Below, piece by piece: positions 1-10,333 of a stretch of DNA of 64,000 bases (positions are counted from its first letter, which is position 1; every line of letters starts with the position of its first letter). The notes beneath the pieces were generated by a model. The model was not told the DNA's origin and ran no database searches. It was given only the letters and a program-made list of their open reading frames with translations. The position numbers and the translations under genes were made by a program. Source of the stretch: Pseudomonadota bacterium (lineage in GTDB: Bacteria > Campylobacterota > Campylobacteria > Campylobacterales > Sulfurimonadaceae); NCBI GenBank assembly GCA_043797085.1, contig JAZDQA010000011.1, positions 166,610 to 230,609 on the forward strand, in the 5' to 3' direction.

Positions 1-1050
1 AAATGCGATGGTTTTAATTCCCTCTTTAGAACACGAAGCGAGCAAATCGATGTTTTGTTTCATTGGGATATTCCACGTGTCACCTAACATCTCTTTTTTG
101 AGTTTTCCGTTTTGAGGATGGAGGGGAATGTAATCACTGACTGCAGCTGCCATAAAGAGAAACGGCTCTTTTTGAATTAATCCGATTGGTTCATCGTGGA
201 TGAGAGAAGGTTTGGAAAGTTTTCCTTTTTTCGCGATACGGATGGAATCGTTGAGGTATTCACCCATTTCATCCGAACTTTCGACATCGATCGTATGAAT
301 TCCCAAAGGCAAATCATTCTCAAATCGAGTTGCGATGAGGTTTACATCTGCACCGCGTAAAAAAAGTGCGGTTGCGAGTGAAGAGGCCATTTTCCCACTG
401 GAGCGATTACTAATGGTTCGAACATCATCGAGCTTTTCTATCGTACCGCCGCCGGTAACAATGACACGACGATCCGCCCAAAAATCATTTTTGAGCAAAA
501 TACGTGCCGTATTCCAAAAAATTTCCATGGGTTCCGCCATAGCACCATCTCCTACCGTTTCGCAGGCGAGTTCTTTGGTTTGGGTCGAAACACTGTCATA
601 GTTTGCAATGGCGAGCATTTTCATGGACGCTTGGATCATCGGATTTTGGATCATGTGTGTATTGGCAGAGGGGGCGAGCAATTTTACCCCGCTAAAGGCA
701 AGAGCGCATTGGGTGAGGATGGTGTCCGCAATCCCGTTGGCGAGCTTGGCGATGGTATTGGCAGTTGCAGGAGCGATAACCATGATGTCTGACCCCTGAG
801 AGAGTTTTATATGGTTGAAATCATCTCCTGCCCACGACTCGTTGGTATCATCGAGAACACGGTTACGACTGAGTGCTTCAAAAGATAGCGGTGCGATAAA
901 CTTTTTGGCAGCAGGGCTCATAACGACACTGACTTCAGCCCCCGCTTTGATGTAAAGACGCAACAGTTCAAGTGATTTGTACGCCGCGATAGAACCGGTT
1001 ACGCCAAGAAGAATCTTTTTACCCGCTAAGAGATTAGAGGGGATCAGCAT
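1..1050 (-). CDS. coaBC: Bifunctional phosphopantothenoylcysteine decarboxylase/ligase (3' end outside the window)
   Basis: Absent from the ORF track. Manual translation from ATG 1050 gives MLIPSNLLAGKKILLGVTGSIAAYK...APATANTIAKLANGIAD...VTGGGTIEKLDDVRTISNRSSGKM, open to base 1; overlaps the glmU stop. Confidence 0.95.
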   Translation of the reverse strand, partial: MLIPSNLLAGKKILLGVTGSIAAYKSLELLRLYIKAGAEVSVVMSPAAKKFIAPLSFEALSRNRVLDDTNESWAGDDFNHIKLSQGSDIMVIAPATANTIAKLANGIADTILTQCALAFSGVKLLAPSANTHMIQNPMIQASMKMLAIANYDSVSTQTKELACETVGDGAMAEPMEIFWNTARILLKNDFWADRRVIVTGGGTIEKLDDVRTISNRSSGKMASSLATALFLRGADVNLIATRFENDLPLGIHTIDVESSDEMGEYLNDSIRIAKKGKLSKPSLIHDEPIGLIQKEPFLFMAAAVSDYIPLHPQNGKLKKEMLGDTWNIPMKQNIDLLASCSKEGIKTIAF

Positions 1051-2354
1051 TTGGTGCCTTTGCCGAAAAATTTAGTGAAAAAGCCGGCGATTTTTCGGAT
1101 GGGTGTGCGACTTAGAATGAGAATATCACTTTCATATTTTCCTGATGTTACCGTTGTACCTGCCGCGATCATGACGTTGTCCGCAATCTCCACAGGAGCT
1201 ACAAGCTGAGTATCGCTTCCCACAAAAACGTTTTTACCGATGATGGTTTGGTATTTGTTAACTCCATCGTAGTTGCAGGTGATGGTTCCCGCACCGATGT
1301 TGCTTCCCTCATCGATAGTGGCATCGCCGAGATAACTCAGATGTCCCGCTTTTACCCCTGTGAGAGTCGATTTTTTTACCTCGACAAAATTACCGATATG
1401 GGTTCCTTCTATAACGCTTAAAGGACGAATATGTGCCATAGGTCCTATGTCAGAATTGCGAATAACACTCTCTTCGATAACACTGTGGGCTTTGATATGT
1501 GAATTTGAGATAAGGGTATCCCCGCACAGACGTACACCGTTTTCGATAATACATTCTCCTTCAAACTTGACTCCCTCTTCGATATAGATGGTGTGAGGCA
1601 GCTGCATAATAACTCCGCTATCCATCCAGTCACGGCGAAGTCGATCCATCATAATCATCTCAGAAGTGGCAAGATCGTTTTTGGAATTGACCCCTTTGAA
1701 CTCCGTCTCATGTACAAACAGCGGAGTGATAGTGAGATTGTCAGCTCGTGCAAGAGAGATAATGTCGGTGAGATAGTATTCGCTTTGTGCATTAGCATTG
1801 GATAAAGAGGGAAGATAAGTCTGCAAAACATGATGTTTAAAGGCATAAACACCTGCATTAACGCTTTGAACACTTTTTTCTTCATGTGTTGCATCTTTTT
1901 CCTCGACAATACGCAAAACATGACCGCCTTCAATGATTACACGACCATAACCGCTTGGATTTTCCAGAGCGATAACCGACATGACGATGTCACTTGGACT
2001 GTTCATAAATGCATCGATAGACGCTTTGGTGATCAGCGGCATATCTCCATTTAGGACTAAAACATCATCGTATTTTGGCTCAACATTCATCATCGCTCCC
2101 CCAGTACCGGGGAAATTTTCGGTATCTTGGGTGACGAAAGTCAGTCCGTCAAAATATTTTTCCATAGCACGGATGACGGCATCTTTTTGGTGCGCGACGA
2201 CGACGATAACATCATCGGTAATCTCACGCGCAGCCTTGATACTGTAGTAGAGCATCGAGCGTCCGCAAATCTCATGGAGTACTTTCGCCTTGGGCGATTT
2301 CATCCGGCTCCCTTTTCCGGCAGCTAGAATAACAATGGAAAGAGGGCTGGACAT
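1044..2354 (-). CDS. glmU: Bifunctional UDP-GlcNAc pyrophosphorylase / glucosamine-1-P acetyltransferase
   Basis: ILAAGKGSRMKS motif, hexapeptide-repeat C-terminus, GAGTITCNYDG. Confidence 0.97.
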   Translation of the reverse strand: MSSPLSIVILAAGKGSRMKSPKAKVLHEICGRSMLYYSIKAAREITDDVIVVVAHQKDAVIRAMEKYFDGLTFVTQDTENFPGTGGAMMNVEPKYDDVLVLNGDMPLITKASIDAFMNSPSDIVMSVIALENPSGYGRVIIEGGHVLRIVEEKDATHEEKSVQSVNAGVYAFKHHVLQTYLPSLSNANAQSEYYLTDIISLARADNLTITPLFVHETEFKGVNSKNDLATSEMIMMDRLRRDWMDSGVIMQLPHTIYIEEGVKFEGECIIENGVRLCGDTLISNSHIKAHSVIEESVIRNSDIGPMAHIRPLSVIEGTHIGNFVEVKKSTLTGVKAGHLSYLGDATIDEGSNIGAGTITCNYDGVNKYQTIIGKNVFVGSDTQLVAPVEIADNVMIAAGTTVTSGKYESDILILSRTPIRKIAGFFTKFFGKGTKC

Positions 2355-2456
2355 AGTTGCTCCTTGCGTATATTGATATCCTGCAATTTTATCAGAATTA
2401 ATCGAGAATAGCCCTTAGTCTATGGTATTATCCTCTTTTATTTTGGGAGCGTTGGC

Positions 2457-3191
2457 TTGGGTCGTTTTTTCTTCTTATTTCTTTTAATCCCTTTTGCCCT
2501 TTGGGGCGCTGATACACAGATGCCTGCCATGAGTTTTAATCTCGCTGCTCCTGAATCTCCTAAAGAGGTTGTAAGCTCTCTCAATATTTTGATGATGCTT
2601 ACCGTACTTTTTCTCGCACCGAGCCTTGTTTTGGTTATGACAACTTTTACCCGTTTTGTTATCGTTTTTGGATTTTTGCGTCAAGCTTTGGGGACTCAGC
2701 AGGTTCCGCCGACGCAGCTGCTTGTTATGCTTGCTCTTATTTTGACCGTATTTGTGATGGAACCTGTTGCTCAAAAATCGTATGACGAGGGGATAAAACC
2801 CTATACGGAAAATAAAATCTCTTACGATGAAGCATTTGAAAAAACAACCGATCCGTTCAAAAATTTTATGGTGCGTAATACTCGTGAAAAAGATTTGGCA
2901 CTCTTTTTACGCATACGACACATGGAAAACCCTCAATCCATCAAAGAAGTGCCGTTGACGATCGTTATCCCTGCCTTTGTTATCAGTGAGCTAAAAACGG
3001 CGTTTGAAATCGGATTTTTGCTCTTTTTGCCCTTTTTGGTTATCGATATGGTGGTTGCTTCCATCTTGATGTCGATGGGTATGATGATGTTGCCTCCGGT
3101 TATGATCTCGATGCCGTTTAAAATACTTGTTTTTATCATGGTAGATGGGTGGAATCTCCTGATCGGCAATCTGATTGCCAGTGTGAAATAA
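2457..3191 (+). CDS. fliP: Flagellar export gate protein FliP
   Basis: MTTFTR...LRQALGTQQVPP, PAFVISELKTAFEIGF, MGMMMLPP...PFKILVF motifs; TTG start. Confidence 0.97.
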   Translation: MGRFFFLFLLIPFALWGADTQMPAMSFNLAAPESPKEVVSSLNILMMLTVLFLAPSLVLVMTTFTRFVIVFGFLRQALGTQQVPPTQLLVMLALILTVFVMEPVAQKSYDEGIKPYTENKISYDEAFEKTTDPFKNFMVRNTREKDLALFLRIRHMENPQSIKEVPLTIVIPAFVISELKTAFEIGFLLFLPFLVIDMVVASILMSMGMMMLPPVMISMPFKILVFIMVDGWNLLIGNLIASVK

Positions 3192-3197
3192 AGGGTT

Positions 3198-4316
3198 TTG
3201 ATGGACTGTGAGTATTTTGGTCTTTGTGGAAGTTGTAGAGTATATGAAGAAGGCTATGCAGGTCAGTTAGAATCAAAAAGTCAAGCCATTAAAACACAAT
3301 TCAGCCCTTATTTCAGTGGAAAAATTGATATATTTGAGTCCAAAGAAGAACATTATCGTTCCCGTGCCGAGTTTAAAATTTACCATGATGACGAAGGTTC
3401 TTTTTATGCCATGAACCGTGCGGATAAACAAGGGGTGGTTAAAATAACCGACTGTTCTATCGTCCATGAGCAAATAGCGCGTATCATGCAGCCTCTATTA
3501 GAGCAAATCAAAAAATACGAATTGGGACATAAGCTGTTTGGGATTGATTTTTTGACCAGCAGCAGCGGTGAAGTATTGGCGAGTTTGATTTATCATCGAG
3601 CGTTGGATGAGGCGTGGAGCGTGAATGCGCGCCTTATAGAAAATGAGTTGGGGATATATATCATCGGTCGAAGCCGTAAGCAAAAAATCATTTTAAGCCA
3701 AGATTATGTCACTGAAACGCTTCATATAAAAAATCGTGATTATCGGTATATCCACATCGAAAACAGTTTTACCCAGCCCAATGCGCTTGTGAATGAAAAA
3801 ATGGTCTCGTGGTCGCTCGAACAGCTTGAAGGAATCGGCGGAGATTTGCTCGAACTTTATTGCGGTGCGGGTAATTTTACGATTCCTTTTGCGACACAAT
3901 TTGATCGGGTTTTAGCCACTGAAATTTCTAAAGCCTCTATCATTGCAGCAAAGCGAAATATGGAACTTAACGGCGTTGATAATATCGATTTCGTTCGTCT
4001 AAGCGCTGAAGAGTTTACATTGGCACTGGATGGCGTACGTGAATTTCGCCGTTTAGAGGGGTTGCAAGTAAGCGACTATTCTCTGAAAACTCTTTTTGTC
4101 GATCCTCCCCGCAGTGGTTTAGGTGAAGAACCTTGTGCCTTTGCTGCGCGTTTTGATCATCTGTTGTATATCTCCTGCAATCCTGAGACTTTGTTGCGAG
4201 ATTTGGAGATTTTAGACCAGACCCATGAGGTTCAGGCAATGGCATTGTTTGATCAATTTCCGTATACGCACCATCTGGAGATGGGGGTAAAACTGACTCG
4301 AAAGGGTCTGTCGTGA
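3198..4316 (+). CDS. trmA: tRNA (uridine(54)-C5)-methyltransferase
   Basis: ENSFTQPN, LLELYCGAGNF, VDPPRSG, YISCNP, DQFPYTHHLE motifs; start may be ATG 3201. Confidence 0.93.
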   Translation: MMDCEYFGLCGSCRVYEEGYAGQLESKSQAIKTQFSPYFSGKIDIFESKEEHYRSRAEFKIYHDDEGSFYAMNRADKQGVVKITDCSIVHEQIARIMQPLLEQIKKYELGHKLFGIDFLTSSSGEVLASLIYHRALDEAWSVNARLIENELGIYIIGRSRKQKIILSQDYVTETLHIKNRDYRYIHIENSFTQPNALVNEKMVSWSLEQLEGIGGDLLELYCGAGNFTIPFATQFDRVLATEISKASIIAAKRNMELNGVDNIDFVRLSAEEFTLALDGVREFRRLEGLQVSDYSLKTLFVDPPRSGLGEEPCAFAARFDHLLYISCNPETLLRDLEILDQTHEVQAMALFDQFPYTHHLEMGVKLTRKGLS

Positions 4317-5560
4317 GAAAGATTTTAATTTCATTATGTGCAGCCACCGTGTTAAGTGCAACGAGTAATGACCCTCAATCAATCTTGACCGAGGTTTCAA
4401 AGCTGCGTCAAATGTATGATGAGTGTAAAGCAACTCAGGCTACAGTCGGAGGAGTAGGACCTAAAACTGTTGTAGAATCTAGCAGTAAAAATAAATCATT
4501 AAATCAAGAAATCTCTCAAAAAAACGGCGTTATAAAAAGCCTGGAACAAACCCTGCTCTCACGTGATCGTGCTTACCGTGAAGCCACGGCACAAAATAAA
4601 AATTTAATCTCACAGCTTCATACGCAAAAGGTATCGGTTCAAGAGCGTGAAACACTAAAACGTGCGGTAGAAACGGCTAAAGCTGAATTATTGGTTGCAC
4701 AAAAAGCGTTAAAGCAAGCAGGCGGAGTTAAGACCGTTTATAAAGATCGTTCCGTTGTGCAGGAAAAAATTGTTACTAAAACCGTTGAATCAAATGAAAA
4801 AATAAATAAGCTGCAGCGTGATCTTGCAACAGCCCAGACAACCATCGCAAATCTTCAAAACACAGCACTAAAAACGGTTGGAAAAGATAAGATCATTGAA
4901 AAAGTAGTGTATCGAGATCGTCCTGTTGCATATGAAAAAATTGTTGAAAAAATTGTCTATCGAGATCGACCGATTAGCAAAGATAAAGCGGTTGAAAAAG
5001 TAGTCTATAAAGATCGTCCTGTTGTGAAAGAGAAAATAGTTGAAAAAATTGTCTATAAAGATCGTCCGATCGTAAGAGAAAAGATCGTCGAAAAAGTAGT
5101 CTACAAAGATCGTCTTGTTGTCAAAGAGAAAATAGTTGAAAAAACCGTCCATAAAGAATTAAAAGTTCCAAAAAATTCGCCGAAAACAGTGTTGAAAGCC
5201 GAAGCAATTAAGCAAGAACCGGTGAAAAAACAAGTGATTGATAGAAAAGTGATGGATGAGCAAAAACGTCGTCAAGCGGATAAGCTGGCGTTGGAACAAG
5301 AACGCAAGAAAAGTGCTAAAGTAGCATCCATCCCTACCACAAAAAGAGCTGCTCCATCAGCGTACCGTATGGCAACGATAGCCTCCATTTACAATGCACC
5401 TAATGGAACAAAAGTCGATATGTGGGAAGCTGGACGGTCATTTACCTCAGGAACCAGCAATGGAGGCTGGGTTAAAATTACAGGCTATTTTGTAAACCGT
5501 GTCTGGCAATCAGCGGATGAAGATTATTGGGTAAAAGAGAGTGACGTTATCCGAAGATAA
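4313..5560 (+). CDS. Secreted hypothetical protein: signal peptide, coiled coil, 16-aa tandem repeats, SH3-like C-terminal domain
   Basis: 415-aa ORF, GTGA overlap with trmA; N-terminal MRKILISLCAATVLSA; domain calls are by eye. Confidence 0.85.
   Translation: MRKILISLCAATVLSATSNDPQSILTEVSKLRQMYDECKATQATVGGVGPKTVVESSSKNKSLNQEISQKNGVIKSLEQTLLSRDRAYREATAQNKNLISQLHTQKVSVQERETLKRAVETAKAELLVAQKALKQAGGVKTVYKDRSVVQEKIVTKTVESNEKINKLQRDLATAQTTIANLQNTALKTVGKDKIIEKVVYRDRPVAYEKIVEKIVYRDRPISKDKAVEKVVYKDRPVVKEKIVEKIVYKDRPIVREKIVEKVVYKDRLVVKEKIVEKTVHKELKVPKNSPKTVLKAEAIKQEPVKKQVIDRKVMDEQKRRQADKLALEQERKKSAKVASIPTTKRAAPSAYRMATIASIYNAPNGTKVDMWEAGRSFTSGTSNGGWVKITGYFVNRVWQSADEDYWVKESDVIRR
4886..5158 (+). repeat. 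Coding tandem repeat, 48-nt unit (EKIVEKxVYKDRPxxK), 5 full copies plus 1 partial
   Basis: Units DKIIEKVVYRDRPVAY, EKIVEKIVYRDRPISK, DKAVEKVVYKDRPVVK, EKIVEKIVYKDRPIVR, EKIVEKVVYKDRLVVK, EKIVEKTVHKE. Confidence 0.92.
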
Positions 5561-5565
5561 CGGAA

Positions 5566-6078
5566 TTAATACCCATCAAAAGGCATTTTTGCCTCTTTCC
5601 ATCCGAACATAAATCCATTTTCAAGATTGTAGGCTTTGATTCCCTCTTTTGCAAGAATATTTGCTGCTGCTTTTGAGCGTGGTCCGCTGCGACATACGAG
5701 GATGACTGAATCAACTTTACGAAGTTTCATCGCAGCCATGACATCGGTAATAAAATTTTTATTGATAACTTCTTTGGCATCGTAAAGTTTTTGGGTATCA
5801 ATATGCCCTTTTGTCTTGTTCGTTTTGAGTTCAAATTCTGAACTTTTTACCCGCTCTTCGATTGATTTTGGGATATAAGTCCACTCATACGCAGGAATAT
5901 TGACAAACCCTTCACCGTGACCAGTATAAATGAATTCAAGTGTGGTACGGACATCTATGATAATGGCTTCCCCTTTTTTTTGCATTTCATGGGCTTCAGG
6001 CGCAGTGAGATCACTTTCGTAAATATCATCGGCATTTAGTGCAATGCATGCCAGTAAAATGATTAATATTTTGTTCAA
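5566..6078 (-). CDS. Exported rhodanese-like sulfurtransferase
   Basis: IIDVRT, active-site loop CRSGPRS, NLENGFMFGW; probable TTG start at 6078 (AAGGA upstream) gives signal peptide MNKILIILLACIALNA. Confidence 0.88.
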   Translation of the reverse strand: MNKILIILLACIALNADDIYESDLTAPEAHEMQKKGEAIIIDVRTTLEFIYTGHGEGFVNIPAYEWTYIPKSIEERVKSSEFELKTNKTKGHIDTQKLYDAKEVINKNFITDVMAAMKLRKVDSVILVCRSGPRSKAAANILAKEGIKAYNLENGFMFGWKEAKMPFDGY

Positions 6079-6179
6079 TATTAAGTCCTTCAAATAATTT
6101 GTAACGTGATTGTATCTCATAAAGATTATACTTAGATGAATGAAAACTGGGTATTATTTTAAAAAAGCGATGTAAATTT

Positions 6180-8078
6180 ATGGTTGAAGTTATAAAAATC
6201 GTTTATGTTACCGATTGGAGAATCGGAGATTATAATTTAGCAGAACAAGATCCATTTTTCAATGTCTTAAAAGGATTCGATGCAGATCTTACTATACGTA
6301 ATGATTTGCCGGAACACTATGATGAAATCGATCTTTTAATTCTCCATCCGATGCAGATGAAGGATGAAATTTTCGAGACGATCAGCCGTAGCAAAATTCA
6401 AAACCCTGCCATAAAGACGGTTGTTATCTCCAGTGCTCATGGGAGTGATCTTTTTTTACAGGCCATTGACGTGGGTGTTGATAAATATCTACTCAAACCC
6501 TTACTACCCAGCGCGGTTAAAAAAGTTGTTGAACGTCTTATTACGCAATCGATTGAAGCAAAACAGGCACAAAAAGCATACCGACAAATTAATTTGATGT
6601 TCGGATCAATCTCCAAAACAGCTTTAGTCATTCGAATTGCTCATAATGGGATGATTGCAGAGGTTAACTCACTGCTTAGCTCATTGATTGGGATGGCTCC
6701 TGAAGAGATGCTAGGACACTATTGGCTTCGATTTGTAGAACAACGTTTTTGGATGCATCTTAGAACAATAGTTAGAGCACATATTCAAGTGGGAGAAATT
6801 TATCGAGGGATAATCGAGATCGTAGGATTAAATCATCAGACCATTACAGTTGATTCGACTATTTATGCGGTATTGGACAGTCGAGGAAATATCGAAGAGA
6901 TTGTTTTTATCGGACATGATGTCAGCGGGATGAAGAGGGCAATTTTAGAGAGTATGAAACAGTTAATCGATTATGATACTTCGTTAGCAGTTTTATTTGA
7001 TCATCGTTATGAAGCGATCATGGTCAACCGTAAATTTTTAGAGATTAATGGATATAACAATTTTGAAGCATTGGTAGAAAGTTGCGATTTATGGTCATGG
7101 ATGGTCGAAACGAACGAAGGATTGCAACCCATATTATCAGAAAAGTGTTCTCAGAAAGATGGGCTTGAATTTATCGTTAAAAAGGTGAAAAACGGGCATA
7201 TTAACGGACGTATTATTTCTATTGATTTGAATAACAATAAAGTCTATTACACGGTTCATATGAGTTCCATGACTAATCCGTTAATTCAAAATGAGCAATA
7301 TCATATTCTTTATTTTGTGGATGTGAGTGATTTTGAACGTTTAAAAGAAGAGAAAATTAATGATGCTAAATTGATAAGTGTGGGACGTTTGGCTGCTGCA
7401 ATTACTCATGAGATTAACACACCGATTACTTATATAAAAGGGAACCTTGAATTACTTAAATGGGAATGTGAAGGAAAAGTCGAGCAATTAGAAAGTTACT
7501 TTAAACCGATTGATGAGGGGATTGAGAGGATTGAATTTATTGTAGGATCAATGTACGAATTTGCAGGTACCGGTAAAGAGGCGATGGCGGTATGCAGTGT
7601 TGATATGACACTTGTTTATGGATTACGCATCGTTTTGAATCGTGCCAAACACATTGTCCCTATTCGACTAAACGGTCAATTATTTTCACTCACAACGAAA
7701 TACAATCCAAAATACTGTATGACAATGGGGATATCGACACGACTCGAACAAGTTTGGATCATTATTCTCAATAATGCATTGGATGAATTTGAAAAAGGTA
7801 TAATACCTTATGAAAATAGACGACTAGACATTGGGTTGAAATGTGATAGTGATGATGTTTTAGTAACCATTGGTGATAATGCCGGAGGAATACCGACAGC
7901 GATGATGGATACTTTATTTGACTTTGCGATCAGTGGAGAGAAAAAAAAGAGTATGGGAATTGGGCTTAATGTGGCAAAAGCTATTATTGACAAACACGGT
8001 GGAAATATTCGGGCTTCAAATGAAAACAATGGTGCTATCTTTGAAATCAGTTTGAAAAAATACAAGGAGGATAAGTAA
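6180..8078 (+). CDS. Hybrid sensor histidine kinase (degenerate N-terminal receiver, PAS-like domains, HisKA, HATPase)
   Basis: H-box THEINTP, N-box ILNNALDE, G1 DNAGGIP, G2 GIGL; receiver-like GVDKYLLKP; no transmembrane segment seen. Confidence 0.9.
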   Translation: MVEVIKIVYVTDWRIGDYNLAEQDPFFNVLKGFDADLTIRNDLPEHYDEIDLLILHPMQMKDEIFETISRSKIQNPAIKTVVISSAHGSDLFLQAIDVGVDKYLLKPLLPSAVKKVVERLITQSIEAKQAQKAYRQINLMFGSISKTALVIRIAHNGMIAEVNSLLSSLIGMAPEEMLGHYWLRFVEQRFWMHLRTIVRAHIQVGEIYRGIIEIVGLNHQTITVDSTIYAVLDSRGNIEEIVFIGHDVSGMKRAILESMKQLIDYDTSLAVLFDHRYEAIMVNRKFLEINGYNNFEALVESCDLWSWMVETNEGLQPILSEKCSQKDGLEFIVKKVKNGHINGRIISIDLNNNKVYYTVHMSSMTNPLIQNEQYHILYFVDVSDFERLKEEKINDAKLISVGRLAAAITHEINTPITYIKGNLELLKWECEGKVEQLESYFKPIDEGIERIEFIVGSMYEFAGTGKEAMAVCSVDMTLVYGLRIVLNRAKHIVPIRLNGQLFSLTTKYNPKYCMTMGISTRLEQVWIIILNNALDEFEKGIIPYENRRLDIGLKCDSDDVLVTIGDNAGGIPTAMMDTLFDFAISGEKKKSMGIGLNVAKAIIDKHGGNIRASNENNGAIFEISLKKYKEDK

Positions 8079-9400
8079 TGTTTTTCGGAAAAGAAGCGGC
8101 AAAACATAAAGAAGCAGCAGATATTTTACGGGTTGAACGGGATATTTTAAAAGCTGAACTTGCGTTATATAAAGAGATAGCAGCATTGAGCCTAAAAGAG
8201 GCCATTATTGTGTTGAACGATCGAAATGAACCCATTTTTTTTAATACAAAAGCGGATGCAATCATCAACAAAGATGCTGTGGTAAGAGAACTTGTTAAGG
8301 GTTCTAAAGAAATCGTTGTGGGTGAGTGTGAAGCCTCAGTCGAGGGCAAAAATCTGAGCAATGAGGCAAGAGGGTTTATTTTGACAAAAGCCTCTGTTGT
8401 AGGTGGCGAACAAGGCGGATTGTTAGAGATGCATCAAAAGAGTATCAAAGGCGCCTTGGATGCGACTCAGCATGTCTTTATTGATATTTTAGATAAGCTC
8501 AAAGAGATGGTTGAGCAGTCGAATGAAACGGCACGAGGGTCTGATGAGGGGCTAAAAATAGCTAATCATGTCGATGAGGATATGAACAAGCTCGCAGAAT
8601 TGATGGAGGGGACGCTAGCAACAACTGCTAATTTAGTGAATCGCTCACATGAGGTTTCCAGTGTTGTCGCATTGATCAAAGATATTGCTGATCAAACTAA
8701 CCTGCTTGCTTTGAACGCAGCGATAGAGGCAGCACGGGCAGGAGAGCACGGTAGAGGGTTTGCGGTTGTCGCTGATGAGGTACGTAAACTTGCTGAACGG
8801 ACTCAAAAAGCGACCAAAGAGATTGAAATTGTAATTCAGTCTATGCAGCAAGATACCAATGAGATTGAAACAGCAACCGAAGAACTTTCAGGGATCGTAA
8901 TCAGCACGAAAGACGAAGTGAGTCAAATGTCAGATCGAATGGGAATTTTTCAGCGTAATGCTTCACGAAGTGTATTTGAAATTATGGACATAAGCAATTA
9001 TATCTTCAGTAATCTGGCAAAAATTGACCACGTTATCTATAAAAACAATGTCTATGCCTTCTTGTTCGGTCAAGAAAATGGTTTTAAAGCAGTTGATCAT
9101 CATTCGTGCCGTTTGGGTAAATGGTATGATAATGGCGTAGGAAAAGAGCAGTTTGGAATGCTGAAATCCTACAGTCGTTTGGAAAAACCACATGGAACGG
9201 TTCATTCGAATGCGAATGCGTTGATCGCCGATTGCGGTGATGGCAAAAAACTTTGTTCACGAACCCAAATCGAACAGCGAATTAGAACCATTGAAGCCGC
9301 AAGCCAAGAGGTATTTGAAGCGTTGGATATTTTGGTTGCAGAAAAAAATGAGCAGATGATGGGAACTGCACTTAAAAATCTGTTTGGAGGGGAAAAATGA
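8078..9400 (+). CDS. Soluble methyl-accepting chemotaxis protein with C-terminal CZB zinc-binding domain (TlpD-like)
   Basis: [41 protein letters not shown] motifs [24 protein letters not shown]; no transmembrane helices. Confidence 0.93.
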   Translation: MFFGKEAAKHKEAADILRVERDILKAELALYKEIAALSLKEAIIVLNDRNEPIFFNTKADAIINKDAVVRELVKGSKEIVVGECEASVEGKNLSNEARGFILTKASVVGGEQGGLLEMHQKSIKGALDATQHVFIDILDKLKEMVEQSNETARGSDEGLKIANHVDEDMNKLAELMEGTLATTANLVNRSHEVSSVVALIKDIADQTNLLALNAAIEAARAGEHGRGFAVVADEVRKLAERTQKATKEIEIVIQSMQQDTNEIETATEELSGIVISTKDEVSQMSDRMGIFQRNASRSVFEIMDISNYIFSNLAKIDHVIYKNNVYAFLFGQENGFKAVDHHSCRLGKWYDNGVGKEQFGMLKSYSRLEKPHGTVHSNANALIADCGDGKKLCSRTQIEQRIRTIEAASQEVFEALDILVAEKNEQMMGTALKNLFGGEK

Positions 9401-9768
9401 TCCGTTTGATGATTGTCGATGATGAAACTTCTATTGGGATGATGCTCGAAAAAGCATTGGGACGTTCTGGAGATATTAGTGTGACCTATTTTGATAATCC
9501 TGTAAATGCTCTTAATCAATTTAAACCGGATAAGTATGATGGGGTATTACTTGATATTATGATGCCTCAAAAAGATGGGATAAGTGTTCTCGAAGAGATA
9601 AAAGAAAAAGATCCAAAATGCGTTGTTATCATGATGACAGCCTATTCTAGCCTTGATAAAGTGTTACAGAGCCATAAAATAGGAGCTGATCACTATATTT
9701 TAAAGCCGTTTGATTCACTTTCAAATGTAGAGAAAAAAGTACGTGAACTGATTGAAAAGAAAAAATAG
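9397..9768 (+). CDS. Single-domain response regulator (CheY-like receiver)
   Basis: VDDE, LLDIMMP, MMTAY, YILKPF all intact; no output domain. Confidence 0.92.
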   Translation: MIRLMIVDDETSIGMMLEKALGRSGDISVTYFDNPVNALNQFKPDKYDGVLLDIMMPQKDGISVLEEIKEKDPKCVVIMMTAYSSLDKVLQSHKIGADHYILKPFDSLSNVEKKVRELIEKKK

Positions 9769-9773
9769 ATTAG

Positions 9774-9798
9774 AGGGAATTTTATTCCCTTTTTTTTT
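9774..9798 (+). terminator. Rho-independent terminator of the kinase-MCP-regulator operon
   Basis: AGGGAAT-TTT-ATTCCCT stem followed by 8 T. Confidence 0.85.
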
Positions 9799-9837
9799 GG
9801 CTAAAATTTTTATACATTAGTAAATCGCTATGAATAC

Positions 9838-9866
9838 TTGACAATAAGAAAAAGCTACATTAAGAT
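9838..9866 (+). promoter_or_regulatory. Housekeeping-sigma promoter for the DUF4395-Rrf2 pair
   Basis: TTGACA-17 nt-TAAGAT, followed by AGGAG and ATG 9890. Confidence 0.7.
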
Positions 9867-9889
9867 TGTGAAAAATTTAGGAGAACATA

Positions 9890-10333
9890 ATGTCTCAACA
9901 ATGCCCTTTAATCTTTAGACATGTAGATGCTACTGTTACACGAATCAATACTTTATTTGTAATAGTTAGTATTATTGCATTTTTAGCGACACAGTATTCG
10001 ATTATATTGATAGTGCTGATTATGGATTTTGCCCTTCGACTCTATGGTTTCAAACACTTAAGTCCCATTAATATCAGTTCGCTATGGATACAGAAAAAAG
10101 GCTCTCTTCCTGTCAAAATGGAAGATGCCGGTGCTAAACGTCTTGCGGCATTTTTTGGCGTTGCATTTACGATTGCGTTGTTAATTAGTTCGTTGATTGG
10201 CGCAGAGATCATAGGTGCTTTTATCGCTGGAATATTTCTCTTTTGTGCGGCATTGGAACTTCTATTTGGGTTTTGTATTGCGTGCAAGATTTATTATATA
10301 GCCAAAAAAGTTTATCCAAAAGGCTTTTTATAA
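9890..10333 (+). CDS. DUF4395-family membrane protein
   Basis: Hydrophobic; VDATVTRIN, AGAKRLAAFFG, LELLFGFCIACKIY match the family pattern as recalled. Confidence 0.8.
   Translation: MSQQCPLIFRHVDATVTRINTLFVIVSIIAFLATQYSIILIVLIMDFALRLYGFKHLSPINISSLWIQKKGSLPVKMEDAGAKRLAAFFGVAFTIALLISSLIGAEIIGAFIAGIFLFCAALELLFGFCIACKIYYIAKKVYPKGFL

Noticed and set aside
335..799. Three short plus-strand ORFs
   Set aside because: Antisense shadows of coaBC, which the track missed because it is truncated
4868..5152. Repetitive Phe-rich minus-strand ORF; 48-nt periodicity considered as a CRISPR array
   Set aside because: It is the antisense reading of the coding repeat; there are no unique spacers, variation is codon-patterned, and no cas genes are present
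10243..10332. 30-aa Cys-containing N-terminal extension of the Rrf2 ORF
   Set aside because: Lies inside the DUF4395 gene; the Rrf2 fold starts at ATG 10333
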